Positions 48,390 through 59,073 of a DNA stretch of 64,000 nucleotides are shown in pieces; the stretch's first letter is position 1, and each line of letters opens with the position of its first letter. Origin of the DNA: Gemmobacter sp. (GTDB lineage: Bacteria; Pseudomonadota; Alphaproteobacteria; Rhodobacterales; Rhodobacteraceae); contig JBKBKC010000004.1 in the NCBI GenBank assembly GCA_046294265.1, forward strand, positions 166,206-230,205. Reading direction: 5' to 3'. A program made the translations under genes and the position numbers. Under the pieces are notes generated by a model that did no database searches, was not told the origin of the DNA, and saw only the letters and a program-made list of their open reading frames with translations.

Positions 48390-49053
48390 ATGCTTCGGTC
48401 CGTGGTCAGCGCAATGGCCGCCAACATGATGCTGGTTCAATTCAATTCCGACGTGCCCTTCTCATTGGCGTGCTCGATGCGATCGGCATCAGTCCTGAGC
48501 ACGGCATCACCGGAACCGCGTCCCGTGGGGACCTCGAAGGCCCGCGATCAGACGGACAGCAGTCTGGAACCTGTATCTTCAGCCGGCATGGCGCACCGGA
48601 ATATCGAAGCGGAAGTCGATGTCATCCTTCCACATGCGGTGCCGGATCACGGCGATGCTGTCAATCGGCGCGCAAAACTGACCCCCCTATCGGCACCCAA
48701 ATTTGACCCCCTTTACGGTGTCGAGATCAGGCAAACCGACCCAGAATGCCTTCATCGAAAGCTTCAACGGTCGCCTGCACGATGAACTGTTGAACGAGAC
48801 CCTGTTCCCGTCATTGCACCACGCCCGTGTCACACTGGCCGCCTGGCGCAAGGACTATAACACCGAACGCCCCCATTCCCGGTTTTGCTGGCAAACGCCC
48901 GCCGAGTTCGCACAGACCTTTGCCCCGCAATAGGGCCTGACGCTGCGCGATCTGCAAAGCTCCGCGCCAGCCACCGTCGCCCAACCCGCCCAAATGGGCA
49001 AAACTAAAACTCGGAGTCTCGCTCACGCTGGATAAAAGTTGGGGGCAACGTCA
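48390..49053 (+). pseudogene. IS3-family (IS407-like) orfB relic with right terminal repeat
   Basis: Degraded ..AANMMLVQFNSD.. and ..FRRALLIGVLD.., then intact ..[34 protein letters not shown]... Ends ..GGGGGCAACGTCA at 49053. Confidence 0.7.
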
Positions 49054-50130
49054 AAACCTCGCACTTTCGGCCTGATCTGTTAGACTTGGGCATCCCTGCA
49101 AGGAGCCCTTCCGATGCTGAAACAGCCCGCCTTTCCTGGCCGTCCTGATGCGATGAAGAAGAAAGTCACGTGGCGCGCGCAGTTTTTGGCGGAGACGGAC
49201 GAGGTGGTGCATTGGGGGCCGGTGATGGCACGCATCGCGCCGCACTACCCCAAGGTCAGGCCGAAGGGCGGGCGCCCGCAGATGCCGCTGGAAACGATGC
49301 TGCGGGTGTATTTTCTGCAGAACTGGTATGCGCTGAGCGACCCAATGGCCGAGGAGACGCTGTAGTACAGCGAGGCCATGCGCCGCTTTGCCCGGATCGA
49401 GCTGGGCGACGACCGCATCCCCGACGAGACCACGATCCTGAACTTCCGGCATCTGCTGGAGCGGCACGGGCTGACCGAAGCGATCTTCGCCGACGTCAAC
49501 GCGCATCTGGCCGACAAGGGCATCACGCTGCGTTCGGGCGCCCTTTTGGACGCGACGATCATCGACGCGCCGTCGTGCACCAAGAACAAGGCCAAGGCCC
49601 GCGACCCCGAGATGTCATCCACCAAAAAAGGCAACGACTGGTATTTCGGCATGAAGGCACACATCGGCGTGGATGCCGACAGCGGCGTGACCCACAGACT
49701 GGAGACCCTGACGGCGAAACTGCATGACAGTCAGGTCTGGGACGCATTGCTGCACGGGGAAGAAACCTCGGTTTGGGCCGACAAGGGCTATGTCAGCGCC
49801 GAGCGCGAGGACGCGTTCCGGGGACCGGGCAAGGTCTGGGGTGTCATGCGCAAGGCCCCGAAGGGCAGCCCGCTGCACCCGATTGACGCACAGATCAACC
49901 GCATCATCGCCATGGTTCGGGCAAAGGTCGAGCATCCGTTCCGCGTCATCAAGCGTCAGTTCGGCCACGTGAAGACCCGCTACCGCGGCCTCGCCAAGAA
50001 CCGCGCCCAGCTCTTCACGCAGTTCGCGCTCGGCAACCTGTTCCTGGTGCGACGGAGGCTTGCGGCATGAGGACGAGTCTGTCCGAAAACCGGGAAACCG
50101 CCCCTAGGGCGGAGCCGAAAGCGCGATGCC
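49054..50130 (+). mobile_element. IS5-family element (approximate ends)
   Basis: Imperfect inverted cores CCTCGCACTTTCGGCC (49057-49072) and GAGCCGAAAGCGCGATG (50112-50128) flank the transposase gene. Confidence 0.65.
49114..50070 (+). pseudogene. IS5-family DDE transposase with one in-frame TAG (49363-49365)
   Basis: Contains ..[89 protein letters not shown]... Both parts are in the same frame. Confidence 0.8.
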
Positions 50131-50375
50131 CGGCCACAAAAGCTCGCCCTGCTGCCGCAGAAGCGATCAGGCTGCCATTTCGGCGCAGCCGAACGCGTTG
50201 ATCAGATATTCCTCTACCACACGGCAACCTGTTTTTTGCAGTTTCGGAGTTTGCCGGCGGTCGGTTTCGGCGCCGAAGCCGACCCAGTCTCACATGCAGT
50301 CTCCGGATGGATACCTGCAAGGTCTACAGCCTTGATCCGCCACCGTGGTGCCGTCCCACAAGTCTGCGGGCAGCC

Positions 50376-51227
50376 TTAACCCTTAACCGCCCCCGCCGTC
50401 ATGCCGCTGACGATGTAGCGGTTGGCCGTGAGCGCGAAGAGGATCACGGGGGCGATAACCAGCACCGCGTAGGCGGCGATCACGCCGTATTCCGCCCCTG
50501 CCTCTGCGCCGCCCAGAAAGCGGGTGATCCCCACGGTCAGGGGCTGTGCGTCGTTGCCAGCGAGGAACAGCGCGAACAGGTATTCGTTCCAGGAGATGAT
50601 GAACACGAGGATCGCCAGCGCGATCACCCCGGACCGCACGACCGGCAGAGAGACGTTCCAGAACAGATGCCAGGGCGAGCAGCCATCGACGATGCCAGCC
50701 TCTTCCAGTTCATGCGGAACTGTGTCGAAAAAGCCGACCAGCATCCAGGTCGCAAAGGGAATGTGGATCGACAGATGCGCCAGCAGAAGGCCGGTGCGCG
50801 ACCCCGACAGGCCGAGGTTCACGAAGATTAGAAACAGCGGCAGCGCCAGCACCACATAGGGAATGAACCGCATGGCCAGCACGCCGAAAGACACCGCCGA
50901 CCGCGCGCGCCCGGAAATCTTCGTCAGCCCATAGGCGAGCGGCACGCAGACGACCAATGTGATTACTACCGCAGAGGCCGAGATGATCACCGAATTGGTG
51001 AAGAAGAACCAGAAATCGCCGCGCGTGAAGGCCTGGGTGAAGTTCTCCAGCGTGAAATCGCGAAAGGTCAGGAGGTCCAGCGGGCTGCGGAACAGCGCGG
51101 TGCGGTTCAGGCTGGCCGCCAGAAGCATCACGGGCGGCATCAGCGAGATCACCAGCCAGACCGACAACAGCCCATGGACGATCCAGGTGGCCCCCCGTTT
51201 GCGCAGTCTTGCGGAAAGCACGCTCAT
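50376..51227 (-). CDS. CUT1 carbohydrate ABC permease (MalG-like)
   Basis: The ATG at 51227 overlaps the upstream stop. Contains ..LEEAGIVDGCSPWHLFWNVSLPV... Confidence 0.85.
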   Translation of the reverse strand: MSVLSARLRKRGATWIVHGLLSVWLVISLMPPVMLLAASLNRTALFRSPLDLLTFRDFTLENFTQAFTRGDFWFFFTNSVIISASAVVITLVVCVPLAYGLTKISGRARSAVSFGVLAMRFIPYVVLALPLFLIFVNLGLSGSRTGLLLAHLSIHIPFATWMLVGFFDTVPHELEEAGIVDGCSPWHLFWNVSLPVVRSGVIALAILVFIISWNEYLFALFLAGNDAQPLTVGITRFLGGAEAGAEYGVIAAYAVLVIAPVILFALTANRYIVSGMTAGAVKG

Positions 51228-52114
51228 TCCTTCTCCCCCATCGTGCGGCGATAGACGGTGATGTAGAGCCAGGCCACCACCGCCATGATCAGGAACATCG
51301 AGATGGCGATGGTGTTGGCCATCCCCATGTCCTGGTTGGCGATGCCGCGGTTGTAGGCAAAGATCGACATCACCGTGGTCGCCCGCCCCGGCCCGCCCCC
51401 GGTCAGCGCCCAGATCATGTCGAATTCGCGAAAGGCGGATGTGATGATGATGATCGACACGAACAGGATATGCGGGCGCAGGATCGGCAGCACGATATAC
51501 CACAGCGCCTGGAAGGGCCCCGCGCCATCGACGCGCCCCGCCTCGTGCAACTCATCCGGGATGGTGGTCAACGCGGCATAGAACACCAGCACCGCCAGCG
51601 GGATCAGGTGCCACGAATTGGTGATGATCGTGGCATAAAGCGCCGTGTTGCGTTCCAGCAGCCAATAGGGGGAGCCACCCCCGAAGAACCCGGAGATCTG
51701 GTTGACCACGCCGAATTCCTGCTGCCAGATGAAGAACCGCCAGGCGATGCCGCCCACCACGGGCGTCATCACGAAGGGGATCAGGAACAGCGCCATCCAC
51801 ATCGGGCGCAGCTTCACCTGCCGCGCGTTCAGAAGGAACGCGATCAGGATGCCAAGGCCCACCGACAAGACCACGCAGCCGACCGTGAAGATGCCGGTGA
51901 TCCGCAGCGCGTTGACGAACAACGGATCCTCGAACGCCTTCCAGTAGTTCGCAAGGCCCACGAAGGTCTGGTTGTTGAAATCGTAAAGGAACACCCGGTG
52001 CAGCGAATAGCGCAGGCCCATCAGCAGCGGTGTGCCCACCACCGCCACCATCAGGATCAGCCCCGGCAGGATGAACCACCAGCCCCGTGTGAATTTCGCC
52101 CGTCTGCTGGACAT
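51224..52114 (-). CDS. CUT1 carbohydrate ABC permease (MalF-like)
   Basis: ..LHEAGRVDGAGPFQALWYIVLPIL... Confidence 0.85.
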   Translation of the reverse strand: MSSRRAKFTRGWWFILPGLILMVAVVGTPLLMGLRYSLHRVFLYDFNNQTFVGLANYWKAFEDPLFVNALRITGIFTVGCVVLSVGLGILIAFLLNARQVKLRPMWMALFLIPFVMTPVVGGIAWRFFIWQQEFGVVNQISGFFGGGSPYWLLERNTALYATIITNSWHLIPLAVLVFYAALTTIPDELHEAGRVDGAGPFQALWYIVLPILRPHILFVSIIIITSAFREFDMIWALTGGGPGRATTVMSIFAYNRGIANQDMGMANTIAISMFLIMAVVAWLYITVYRRTMGEKE

Positions 52115-52136
52115 GGCTTTACCCCCTGCGGAACGG

Positions 52137-52162
52137 CCCCCGCGCCGTGTGGGGCGCGGGGG
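52137..52162 (-). promoter_or_regulatory. GC stem-loop right after the SBP gene
   Basis: CCCCCGCGCC-6 nt-GGCGCGGGGG, a 10-bp stem, 8 nt from the stop. Confidence 0.5.
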
Positions 52163-52169
52163 GGAACGC

Positions 52170-53537
52170 TTATTTTAGGTAGCCTGCGGCCTTGAACGCC
52201 TCGGTCATGCTTCCGACCCAGCGGGTCTGTGCCTGCTCCGGCGAAAGGTCGCCAGAAAACACGTCGGTGATGAACTCGGTCGTGCCGTTCCACATCACCG
52301 AGCCGTATTCGGGGATGCCCTGACGGATGAACACCTGTTGCAGGGTCTTTTCATAGGCTGGCAGGAAGCTGGCGTAGTAGGGCTTCAGGCCGCGCAGTTC
52401 CGCGCTGGCGAAGTGGCCGGAGGTTGAGAACTGGCCCGACTGCTTTCCCCATTCGACCTCTTGGTCCTGAAGCATCCATTTCAGGAACTTGAACGCCTCT
52501 TCCTTGTTCGGGGTGTCGAACACGAAGACGCCGCCTCCGCCCAGGAACGGCACGCCCTGCTCATAGCCTTTCAGGTTGCCTTCCCATTTCGGGAGTGCGG
52601 CGTAAAGCGTGTTGCCCGCAGCCTTGCCACCCTCGGCCTCGACCGTGCCCAGGCCCTGCGGCCACATCACGGCGGTGGCCAGATGCCCGTCGCGGAACAT
52701 CTCCAGCCCTTCGAGGAATCCCCAGTTCTGCGCCTCGCGCGGGGCGGTGGTTTTCGCCATGTGGGTGAACCATGCGGCGGTTTCCAGCAGCGCCGGGTTG
52801 TCGATGTCGGGTTTGAAATCGGCACCCCAGCCCGACAGGCCCGCGGAATAGAGCACCACGATATAGCTGCGGGTGATGCCGGCACCGGCCCCCAGCGCAT
52901 CGGCCCAGCCGTATAGCGGGCGCTCCAGCGGGGCCCCCGCGGCCATCGCCCCGGCGGGGCGGGTAAAGAACTCGGCCACATCGCGCCACTCGGCGAAGGT
53001 CGCGGGCACAGTCAGGTCACGGCCATACTTGGCCTTGAACGCGGCCTGTTCGTCAGGATGCTCGAACAGATCCTTCCGCGCGATCATCATCGGTGCGGCG
53101 GGGGTTGTGGGCACCGCGATAATCTCGCCCGGGCGGGCGTCGGATTTCATGTGGCTGTCAATGATCAGCGGCGGATACTTGTTGATGTCAAAGCCGGTGG
53201 CGGCGATCAGCGGGGTCAGGTCCACCACGTGATCCTTGAAGGTGCCGAACCAGCCGGGGCTGTGATAGCCAAGGTCCCAGCGGCCGGTCTTGCCGATCGC
53301 CTCGATCGACATCTGGTCGCGCAACTGGTTGGGCGGCAGGATCTCGCCGATCACCTTGACGCCGGTCTCGGCCTCGTATTTCGGCGCGAAGTAGTTGACC
53401 ACGGCGTCGGCCTCGGCGCCGGGATGCAGCGCCCAGCGGATGGTGGTCTGCTGGGCCATGGCGACGGTGGTCATGGCAAGGCCAAAGCCAAGGGCAAGGC
53501 CCCCGGCCATGGTGGCGCGTCTGGTCGGTCCGGTCAT
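52170..53537 (-). CDS. family-1 extracellular solute-binding protein (sugar ABC)
   Basis: 455 aa with a signal/Tat-like N-terminus (MTGPTRRATMAGGLALGFGLAMTTVAMA). Confidence 0.8.
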   Translation of the reverse strand: MTGPTRRATMAGGLALGFGLAMTTVAMAQQTTIRWALHPGAEADAVVNYFAPKYEAETGVKVIGEILPPNQLRDQMSIEAIGKTGRWDLGYHSPGWFGTFKDHVVDLTPLIAATGFDINKYPPLIIDSHMKSDARPGEIIAVPTTPAAPMMIARKDLFEHPDEQAAFKAKYGRDLTVPATFAEWRDVAEFFTRPAGAMAAGAPLERPLYGWADALGAGAGITRSYIVVLYSAGLSGWGADFKPDIDNPALLETAAWFTHMAKTTAPREAQNWGFLEGLEMFRDGHLATAVMWPQGLGTVEAEGGKAAGNTLYAALPKWEGNLKGYEQGVPFLGGGGVFVFDTPNKEEAFKFLKWMLQDQEVEWGKQSGQFSTSGHFASAELRGLKPYYASFLPAYEKTLQQVFIRQGIPEYGSVMWNGTTEFITDVFSGDLSPEQAQTRWVGSMTEAFKAAGYLK

Positions 53538-53574
53538 TTGGTTCCTCCTCTGGGTGGTCAGTCGGTCCGGCCGT

Positions 53575-54630
53575 TCAGTTCAGCCGGTTCTGGGTTTTCG
53601 GGTCGAACAGGTGCATCCGGCCCGGCACGGGGGCCACGGCAATCGCCTGTCCCGGTGAAAGGTTGTGGCGGTCGCGGAACACTGCGGCGACCGGCTGTCC
53701 GGCCAGGATCGCGCCCACATGCAATTCCGCGCCGGTGGGTTCCACCAGCGTCACCTTGGTGCGCAGGCCGTGGTCTGCCATCACCAGTTCCTCGGGGCGC
53801 AGGCCGACGATGACCTCTGCCCCTTCGACAAGGCTTGCGCCATCATTGGCCGCCAGCATCTGCCCGTCCGCAAGCCGCAGCGCGCCGCCCGACACGGTGG
53901 CCGGAAAGAAGTTCATCGACGGCGATCCGATGAAGCCTGCTACGAACAGGTTGGCCGGCCGGTCGTAAAGCTCCAGCGGGGCGCCTGCCTGTTTCACCAC
54001 GCCGTCGTGCATCACCACGATGATATCGGCCATCGTCATCGCCTCGATCTGGTCATGGGTGACATAGACGGTGGTGACCTTCAGCCTCTGGTGCAACTGC
54101 TTGATCTCGGCGCGCATCTGCACGCGCAGCTTGGCGTCGAGGTTCGACAGCGGTTCGTCGAACAGGAACACCTGCGGGTTGCGCACGATGGCGCGGCCCA
54201 TGGCAACACGCTGGCGTTGGCCGCCCGACAACTGGCGCGGATAGCGGTCCAGCAGCGGGGTCAGGTTCAAGATTTCAGCGGCACGGTTCACGCGGGATGC
54301 AATCTCGGCCTTGTCCACGCGCGACAGTTTCAGCGCAAAGCCCATGTTCTGCGCCACCGTCATATGGGGGTAAAGGCCGTAGTTCTGGAACACCATCGCG
54401 ATGTCGCGATCCTTAGGGGCCATGTCGTTGACTTCGGTCCCGCCGATCAGGATCTGGCCGCCGGTCACATCCTCAAGCCCCGCGATGATGCGCAGCAGGG
54501 TCGATTTTCCGCAGCCCGACGGACCCACAAGCACCACAAAGGCACCATCCGCAATCTCAACGTCGATCCCGTGGATCACGCGGGTTTCCCCAAACGTCTT
54601 TTCGACGTTGCGAATGCTGACACCTGCCAT
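53575..54630 (-). CDS. sugar ABC ATP-binding protein (UgpC/MalK-like)
   Basis: ATG at 54630 gives MAGVSIRNVEKTFG... Walker A GPSGCGKST, signature LSGGQRQR. Confidence 0.85.
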   Translation of the reverse strand: MAGVSIRNVEKTFGETRVIHGIDVEIADGAFVVLVGPSGCGKSTLLRIIAGLEDVTGGQILIGGTEVNDMAPKDRDIAMVFQNYGLYPHMTVAQNMGFALKLSRVDKAEIASRVNRAAEILNLTPLLDRYPRQLSGGQRQRVAMGRAIVRNPQVFLFDEPLSNLDAKLRVQMRAEIKQLHQRLKVTTVYVTHDQIEAMTMADIIVVMHDGVVKQAGAPLELYDRPANLFVAGFIGSPSMNFFPATVSGGALRLADGQMLAANDGASLVEGAEVIVGLRPEELVMADHGLRTKVTLVEPTGAELHVGAILAGQPVAAVFRDRHNLSPGQAIAVAPVPGRMHLFDPKTQNRLN

Positions 54631-54762
54631 GCGTGGCTTCCCCCCCCGAGAATGGCCGGAAAGTTGACCTGTTAGCGCCAACGAGTCAAGTTAAATCACA
54701 GAAGTTGACAAAAAGGGCGGTCAAGGCTCAGATGACCGGGGACACCGCAGGAAGCCAACCGG

Positions 54763-56004
54763 ATGCCGCGCCGCAAGGATCACTTCGCCACCACCGCCGA
54801 CCAGCGCGCGCGCGGCGCCGGCCCCGCGACGATGCGGCTGCACAACGAGCGGCTCTTGCTTGGCATGTTGCACAGCGCTGGCCAACTCAGCGCGGCTGAC
54901 CTGTCGCGGCTGACCGGGCTGTCGGCACAGGCGGTCTCGGTGATCTTGCGCAATCTCGACGAGGCGGGGCTGATCCTGCGCGGCGCCCCCCTGCGCGGAA
55001 AGATCGGCCAGCCGTCGGTGCCCCTGACGATCAATCCCGATGGGGCCTTTGTTTTGGGTGCCAAGGTGGGGCGGCGCAGTGCGGAAATCGTTCTTGTCGG
55101 GCTGGATGGCCGGGTTCGGGCGCATCGCTGGCGGCCCTATGGGAGGCCCGATCCGACGGATGTCCTGATCTGGCTGGAGGCGACCGCGCGCGAATTGGCC
55201 GCCACTGTCCCCAGGGTTGCCGGGATCGGGGTGGCCCTTCCCTTCCGATTGTGGGACTGGGCCGAAGAGGCACAGGACGGTCATGCGGTGCTGGAGGGGT
55301 GGCGCAGCCTTGATCTGTCAGCAGCGCTTTCGGCGCTGCCCTTCCTGGTGTCCGTGGTCAACGACGGCTCGGCGGCCTGCGCGGCAGAGATGACCTTCGG
55401 CGCACTGCCCCACGGGGACGATGTGATCTACCTGTTCCTGGGCACGTTCATCGGCGGCGGCCTTGCACAACGGGGTCGCCTGGTGCTCGGGCCGACGGGG
55501 AACGCGGGGGCTTTCGGGTCGGTGCTGGTGCAGGGGGGGGCGGACAAACCCCGGCAACTGATCGAGGTCGCCTCGCTTATCGGGCTGGAACGCGCGTTGC
55601 AGGGCAGGGGCGAGGATCCGCGCCGGTTCCGGATGCAGCAGATGGCCTGGAACATGGCCGACCCCTTTCTGGACGACTGGCTTTCGCAGGCGGCGCGGGG
55701 GATTGCAGAGGCGCTGATCTCCATCGCCGCCACCACCGGGGCGCCTTTGGCGATCATCGACGGCGCTATGCCGCCCGCGGTGCTCGACACCCTGATTGCC
55801 CGGGTTCAGGCCGTCATTGCGCACCTGCCGCAGGCGGGGATTGACGCACCCGGCCTGCGGCGCGGAACGCTGGGCGCGCGGGCACCGGCGCTTGGCGCCG
55901 CCGCGCTGATCCTGAACGAACGCTTCCTGGCCTGGCCTGCGGAGTTGCGGCGTCTTGACCGGCATCGCCCGGGATTGTCCGATCCCGCGACTTCGACCCG
56001 CTGA
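54763..56004 (+). CDS. ROK-family transcriptional regulator
   Basis: HTH ..LSAADLSRLTGLSAQAVSVILRNLDEAGLI.. followed by a ROK sugar-kinase-like domain. Confidence 0.8.
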   Translation: MPRRKDHFATTADQRARGAGPATMRLHNERLLLGMLHSAGQLSAADLSRLTGLSAQAVSVILRNLDEAGLILRGAPLRGKIGQPSVPLTINPDGAFVLGAKVGRRSAEIVLVGLDGRVRAHRWRPYGRPDPTDVLIWLEATARELAATVPRVAGIGVALPFRLWDWAEEAQDGHAVLEGWRSLDLSAALSALPFLVSVVNDGSAACAAEMTFGALPHGDDVIYLFLGTFIGGGLAQRGRLVLGPTGNAGAFGSVLVQGGADKPRQLIEVASLIGLERALQGRGEDPRRFRMQQMAWNMADPFLDDWLSQAARGIAEALISIAATTGAPLAIIDGAMPPAVLDTLIARVQAVIAHLPQAGIDAPGLRRGTLGARAPALGAAALILNERFLAWPAELRRLDRHRPGLSDPATSTR

Positions 56005-56058
56005 GCCGCGATCAGGGCCGCCCGCGCAACCCCGTCACCGACCCAGGCGCAACCGCCG

Positions 56059-57207
56059 TCACGCCATCCCCTCATCCGGCGTCCAGTCCCGCCCTTGCAT
56101 CATCACCGCCCCACCGATGCGCGCCCCATCCGCGCCGAAAAGATGCAACCGGGCCCCCTCGCGCAGACAGACCTTCGCCATCGCCCCCTCTGGCAGGCTC
56201 ACGGAGGTTTCGCGGCGCAGCACGCGGCGCAGATCATCCCCGATCTCGATGTTGTAAAGCGTTTCCGACCCCAGCGGCTCGGCCGTGATGCAGCGGCCTT
56301 GCCCGACCTGCATACCTTCCCCCGCGATATCCAGATCCTCCGGCCGGATGCCTGCGGTGATCGGGCCACCGGGCAAACGCGCCATCAGCGCGTCGGCCCC
56401 GCTGCCCGTCAGGTGCAATGACCAGTCCCGCCCCGCCAAGCGCAGCCCGCCCTCCGCCGCCTGCGCCGTGCCCGCAAACAGGTTCATGCCGGGGCTGCCG
56501 ATGGTTTGCGCCACATGCAGGCTGGCGGGGGTCAGATAGACCTGCGCGGGCGTGCCCATCTGCGCGACCAGCCCGCCCGCCATGACCACGATGCGGTCGC
56601 CCATCGTCATCGCCTCGACCTGGTCATGGGTGACATAGAGCGCGGTGGACCCCACCCGGCGCTGGATGCGCTTCAACTCGGTCCGCATCACCACGCGCAG
56701 GCGGGCGTCGAGGTTCGACAGCGGTTCATCGAGGAGCAGCACATCGGGGTTGCGCACGATGGCACGGCCCAGGCTCACGCGCTGCTGCTGGCCACCGGAC
56801 AACCCGTCCGGCGTCTTGTCCAGATGCGCCGACAGTTCCAGCATCTCGGCCACCTCGGCCACGCGGCGCTTGATCTCGTCGGTGCCGGTGCCCTGCGATT
56901 CCAGCGGAAAGGCGATGTTCTGGAACGCGGTCTTGTGCGGGTAGAGCGCGAAGTTCTGGAACACCAGCGCCACGCCGCGTTTCGACGGGTGGATATCGTT
57001 CACCACCCGGTCGCCCACCCGGATCTCGCCCCGGCTGATGCGCTCCAGCCCCGCGACCATCCGCAGCGTCGTGGTCTTGCCGCAGCCCGAGGCACCCACC
57101 AGCACCATCAACTCGCCAGGCTCGATGCGGAAATCGATGCCGCGCACGGCATGCACGTCGCCCGGATAGGTTTTCCACAACTGTCGCGCCTCGACCGCCA
57201 GCGTCAT
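56059..57207 (-). CDS. sugar ABC ATP-binding protein (MalK-like)
   Basis: Walker A GASGCGKTT, signature LSGGQQQR, and a TOBE-like C-terminus. Confidence 0.85.
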   Translation of the reverse strand: MTLAVEARQLWKTYPGDVHAVRGIDFRIEPGELMVLVGASGCGKTTTLRMVAGLERISRGEIRVGDRVVNDIHPSKRGVALVFQNFALYPHKTAFQNIAFPLESQGTGTDEIKRRVAEVAEMLELSAHLDKTPDGLSGGQQQRVSLGRAIVRNPDVLLLDEPLSNLDARLRVVMRTELKRIQRRVGSTALYVTHDQVEAMTMGDRIVVMAGGLVAQMGTPAQVYLTPASLHVAQTIGSPGMNLFAGTAQAAEGGLRLAGRDWSLHLTGSGADALMARLPGGPITAGIRPEDLDIAGEGMQVGQGRCITAEPLGSETLYNIEIGDDLRRVLRRETSVSLPEGAMAKVCLREGARLHLFGADGARIGGAVMMQGRDWTPDEGMA

Positions 57208-57213
57208 TCCGCC

Positions 57214-58104
57214 CTATCCTTTCGATCCGCTGAGTGCGACGCCGCGCACGAAATGCTTTTGCCCAATGGCGAACATCAGGACCAAGGGCAGAATGGAAAT
57301 CAGCACCGCCGCCATCAAGAGGTTCCAGCGCACCGTCTCCTGATCGGAGAAATCGGCGAGTGCGGTCTGGATCACCTTCATGTCGGCGGTCGATGTCATC
57401 ACCAAGGGCACGAGGAACTCGTTCCAGACGGCGGTGAAGTTGAACATGGCGATCACCGCGAGGGCAGGGCGGGCGAGGGGCAGGTAGATCTTCCAGAAGA
57501 TCGCGAATTCATGCGCGCCGTCCATCCGCGCGGCCTCCACGAGGTTGTCGGGCAGCATCCGCATGAATTCGCGCATCAGGTAGGTGCCATAGGCGGTGGC
57601 GAGGAACGGCAGGATGATTGACGGATAGCTGTTCAGGATGCCGAACCCCCCCTGACCCCAGATGTCATTTCCCCCCGCCAGCGGAAAGTTGCGGAACATG
57701 ATGAAGAGGGGGATGATCGTGACATGCACCGGCACCATCAAGGTCGCCAGCAGCAAGACGAACATCGTGTTGCGCCCCGGAAAGCGCATCTTGGCAAAAG
57801 CATAGCCCGCCAGCCCGTCGATCAGCACGATGCCGAGTGTCGAGAGGCTGGCGACAACAAAGGTGTTCCACATCGCGCGGGCAAAGTTGCTGACGGAAAA
57901 AACCTCGGTGAAGTTGCCCCATTGGATCGTGTCGGGCACCAGCACGGGCGGCCAGGCAAAAACCTCGGCCGGGCCGGACAGGGCAAGAACCAGGATCATC
58001 AGGAAGGGGGCCAGGATGATGCCGCCAAGTGCTGTCAGCGCCAGATAGATCAGCGCGCGGCGCGTGGCGCGGCGGGCGGGGGGGGAATAGTCAAGATCGG
58101 TCAT
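57214..58104 (-). CDS. CUT1 carbohydrate ABC permease (MalG-like)
   Basis: The ATG at 58104 overlaps the upstream stop. Contains ..LVEAARMDGAHEFAIFWKIYLPLA... Confidence 0.85.
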   Translation of the reverse strand: MTDLDYSPPARRATRRALIYLALTALGGIILAPFLMILVLALSGPAEVFAWPPVLVPDTIQWGNFTEVFSVSNFARAMWNTFVVASLSTLGIVLIDGLAGYAFAKMRFPGRNTMFVLLLATLMVPVHVTIIPLFIMFRNFPLAGGNDIWGQGGFGILNSYPSIILPFLATAYGTYLMREFMRMLPDNLVEAARMDGAHEFAIFWKIYLPLARPALAVIAMFNFTAVWNEFLVPLVMTSTADMKVIQTALADFSDQETVRWNLLMAAVLISILPLVLMFAIGQKHFVRGVALSGSKG

Positions 58105-59021
58105 GCGGCCCCCTTCCTGCGTCGCCCCAGTTGGCCCGACCACCACAACAGGACCAGCGACAGCCCCATGATCGCGAGGAACAGCACCACCGCCACCGCC
58201 GCCGCGTAGCCCATGGCAAAGGACTGGAACGCCTGGTTGTAGGAAAACAGCACCGCCGTCGTGGTGGACCGCCCCGGCCCGCCCCCGGTCAGCACCACCA
58301 CCTGATCGAACACCTGAAGGTTGAAGATCACGGCGGTCACGATCACGAACATCGTCGTGGGCATCAGGATCGGCAGCGTGATCTGGCGGAATGTGCGCCA
58401 GGCGCTTGCGCCGTCCATCATCGCCGCCTCGCGCAGATGCGCGGGCACGCCTTGCAGGCCGGCCAGGAAGATCACCACCGAATAGCCCATCTGCCGCCAG
58501 ATCCCGATGCCGATCAGCACCGGCAGCGCCTGCCCGCCGTCCGACAGGAAACCCTGCCTGTTGATGCCAAAGACGCTGAGCACATAGTTCATCGGCCCGA
58601 AGGCCGGATTCATGATGTAAAGCCACGCCACCCCGACCGCGACCCAGCTTGCCACCTGCGGCATGTAGAATACCGTGCGGAAAAGGCCCATCCCGCGCAA
58701 CTTGGTGTCCAGCATCACCGCCACGGCCAGCGACAGCAGGGTGGCGGGCACCACCGTGCCGACGGTGTAGATCAGCGTCACGCGAAACGCGCCCATCGCG
58801 CGGGCGTCGTTGAACAGGCGCACGTAATTGTCGAACCCGATGAACCGGGGCGGCTGCAAAAGCGAGTATTGCGTCAGGCTCAGGTAGCCGCCGTAGATCA
58901 GCGGCGCGATCTTCAGCGCGGTGAACAGCGCCATCACAGGCAGCACCAGGATCAGGCCCCACCGCGCCTCGGCCGGCGTCACCCAGTCGCCGCCGAACCA
59001 CGTCCGTTTCGGTTTGCTCAT
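58101..59021 (-). CDS. CUT1 carbohydrate ABC permease (MalF-like)
   Basis: ..LREAAMMDGASAWRTFRQITLPIL... Confidence 0.85.
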   Translation of the reverse strand: MSKPKRTWFGGDWVTPAEARWGLILVLPVMALFTALKIAPLIYGGYLSLTQYSLLQPPRFIGFDNYVRLFNDARAMGAFRVTLIYTVGTVVPATLLSLAVAVMLDTKLRGMGLFRTVFYMPQVASWVAVGVAWLYIMNPAFGPMNYVLSVFGINRQGFLSDGGQALPVLIGIGIWRQMGYSVVIFLAGLQGVPAHLREAAMMDGASAWRTFRQITLPILMPTTMFVIVTAVIFNLQVFDQVVVLTGGGPGRSTTTAVLFSYNQAFQSFAMGYAAAVAVVLFLAIMGLSLVLLWWSGQLGRRRKGAA

Positions 59022-59038
59022 GTCGGCCCCCGCAGACA

Positions 59039-59066
59039 GGGCGCGCGAGGGATGCCCCGCGCGCCC
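59039..59066 (-). promoter_or_regulatory. GC stem-loop right after the SBP gene
   Basis: GGGCGCGCG..CGCGCGCCC, a 9-bp stem with a possible 3-bp extension, 8 nt from the stop. Confidence 0.5.
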
Positions 59067-59073
59067 CTGCCGA

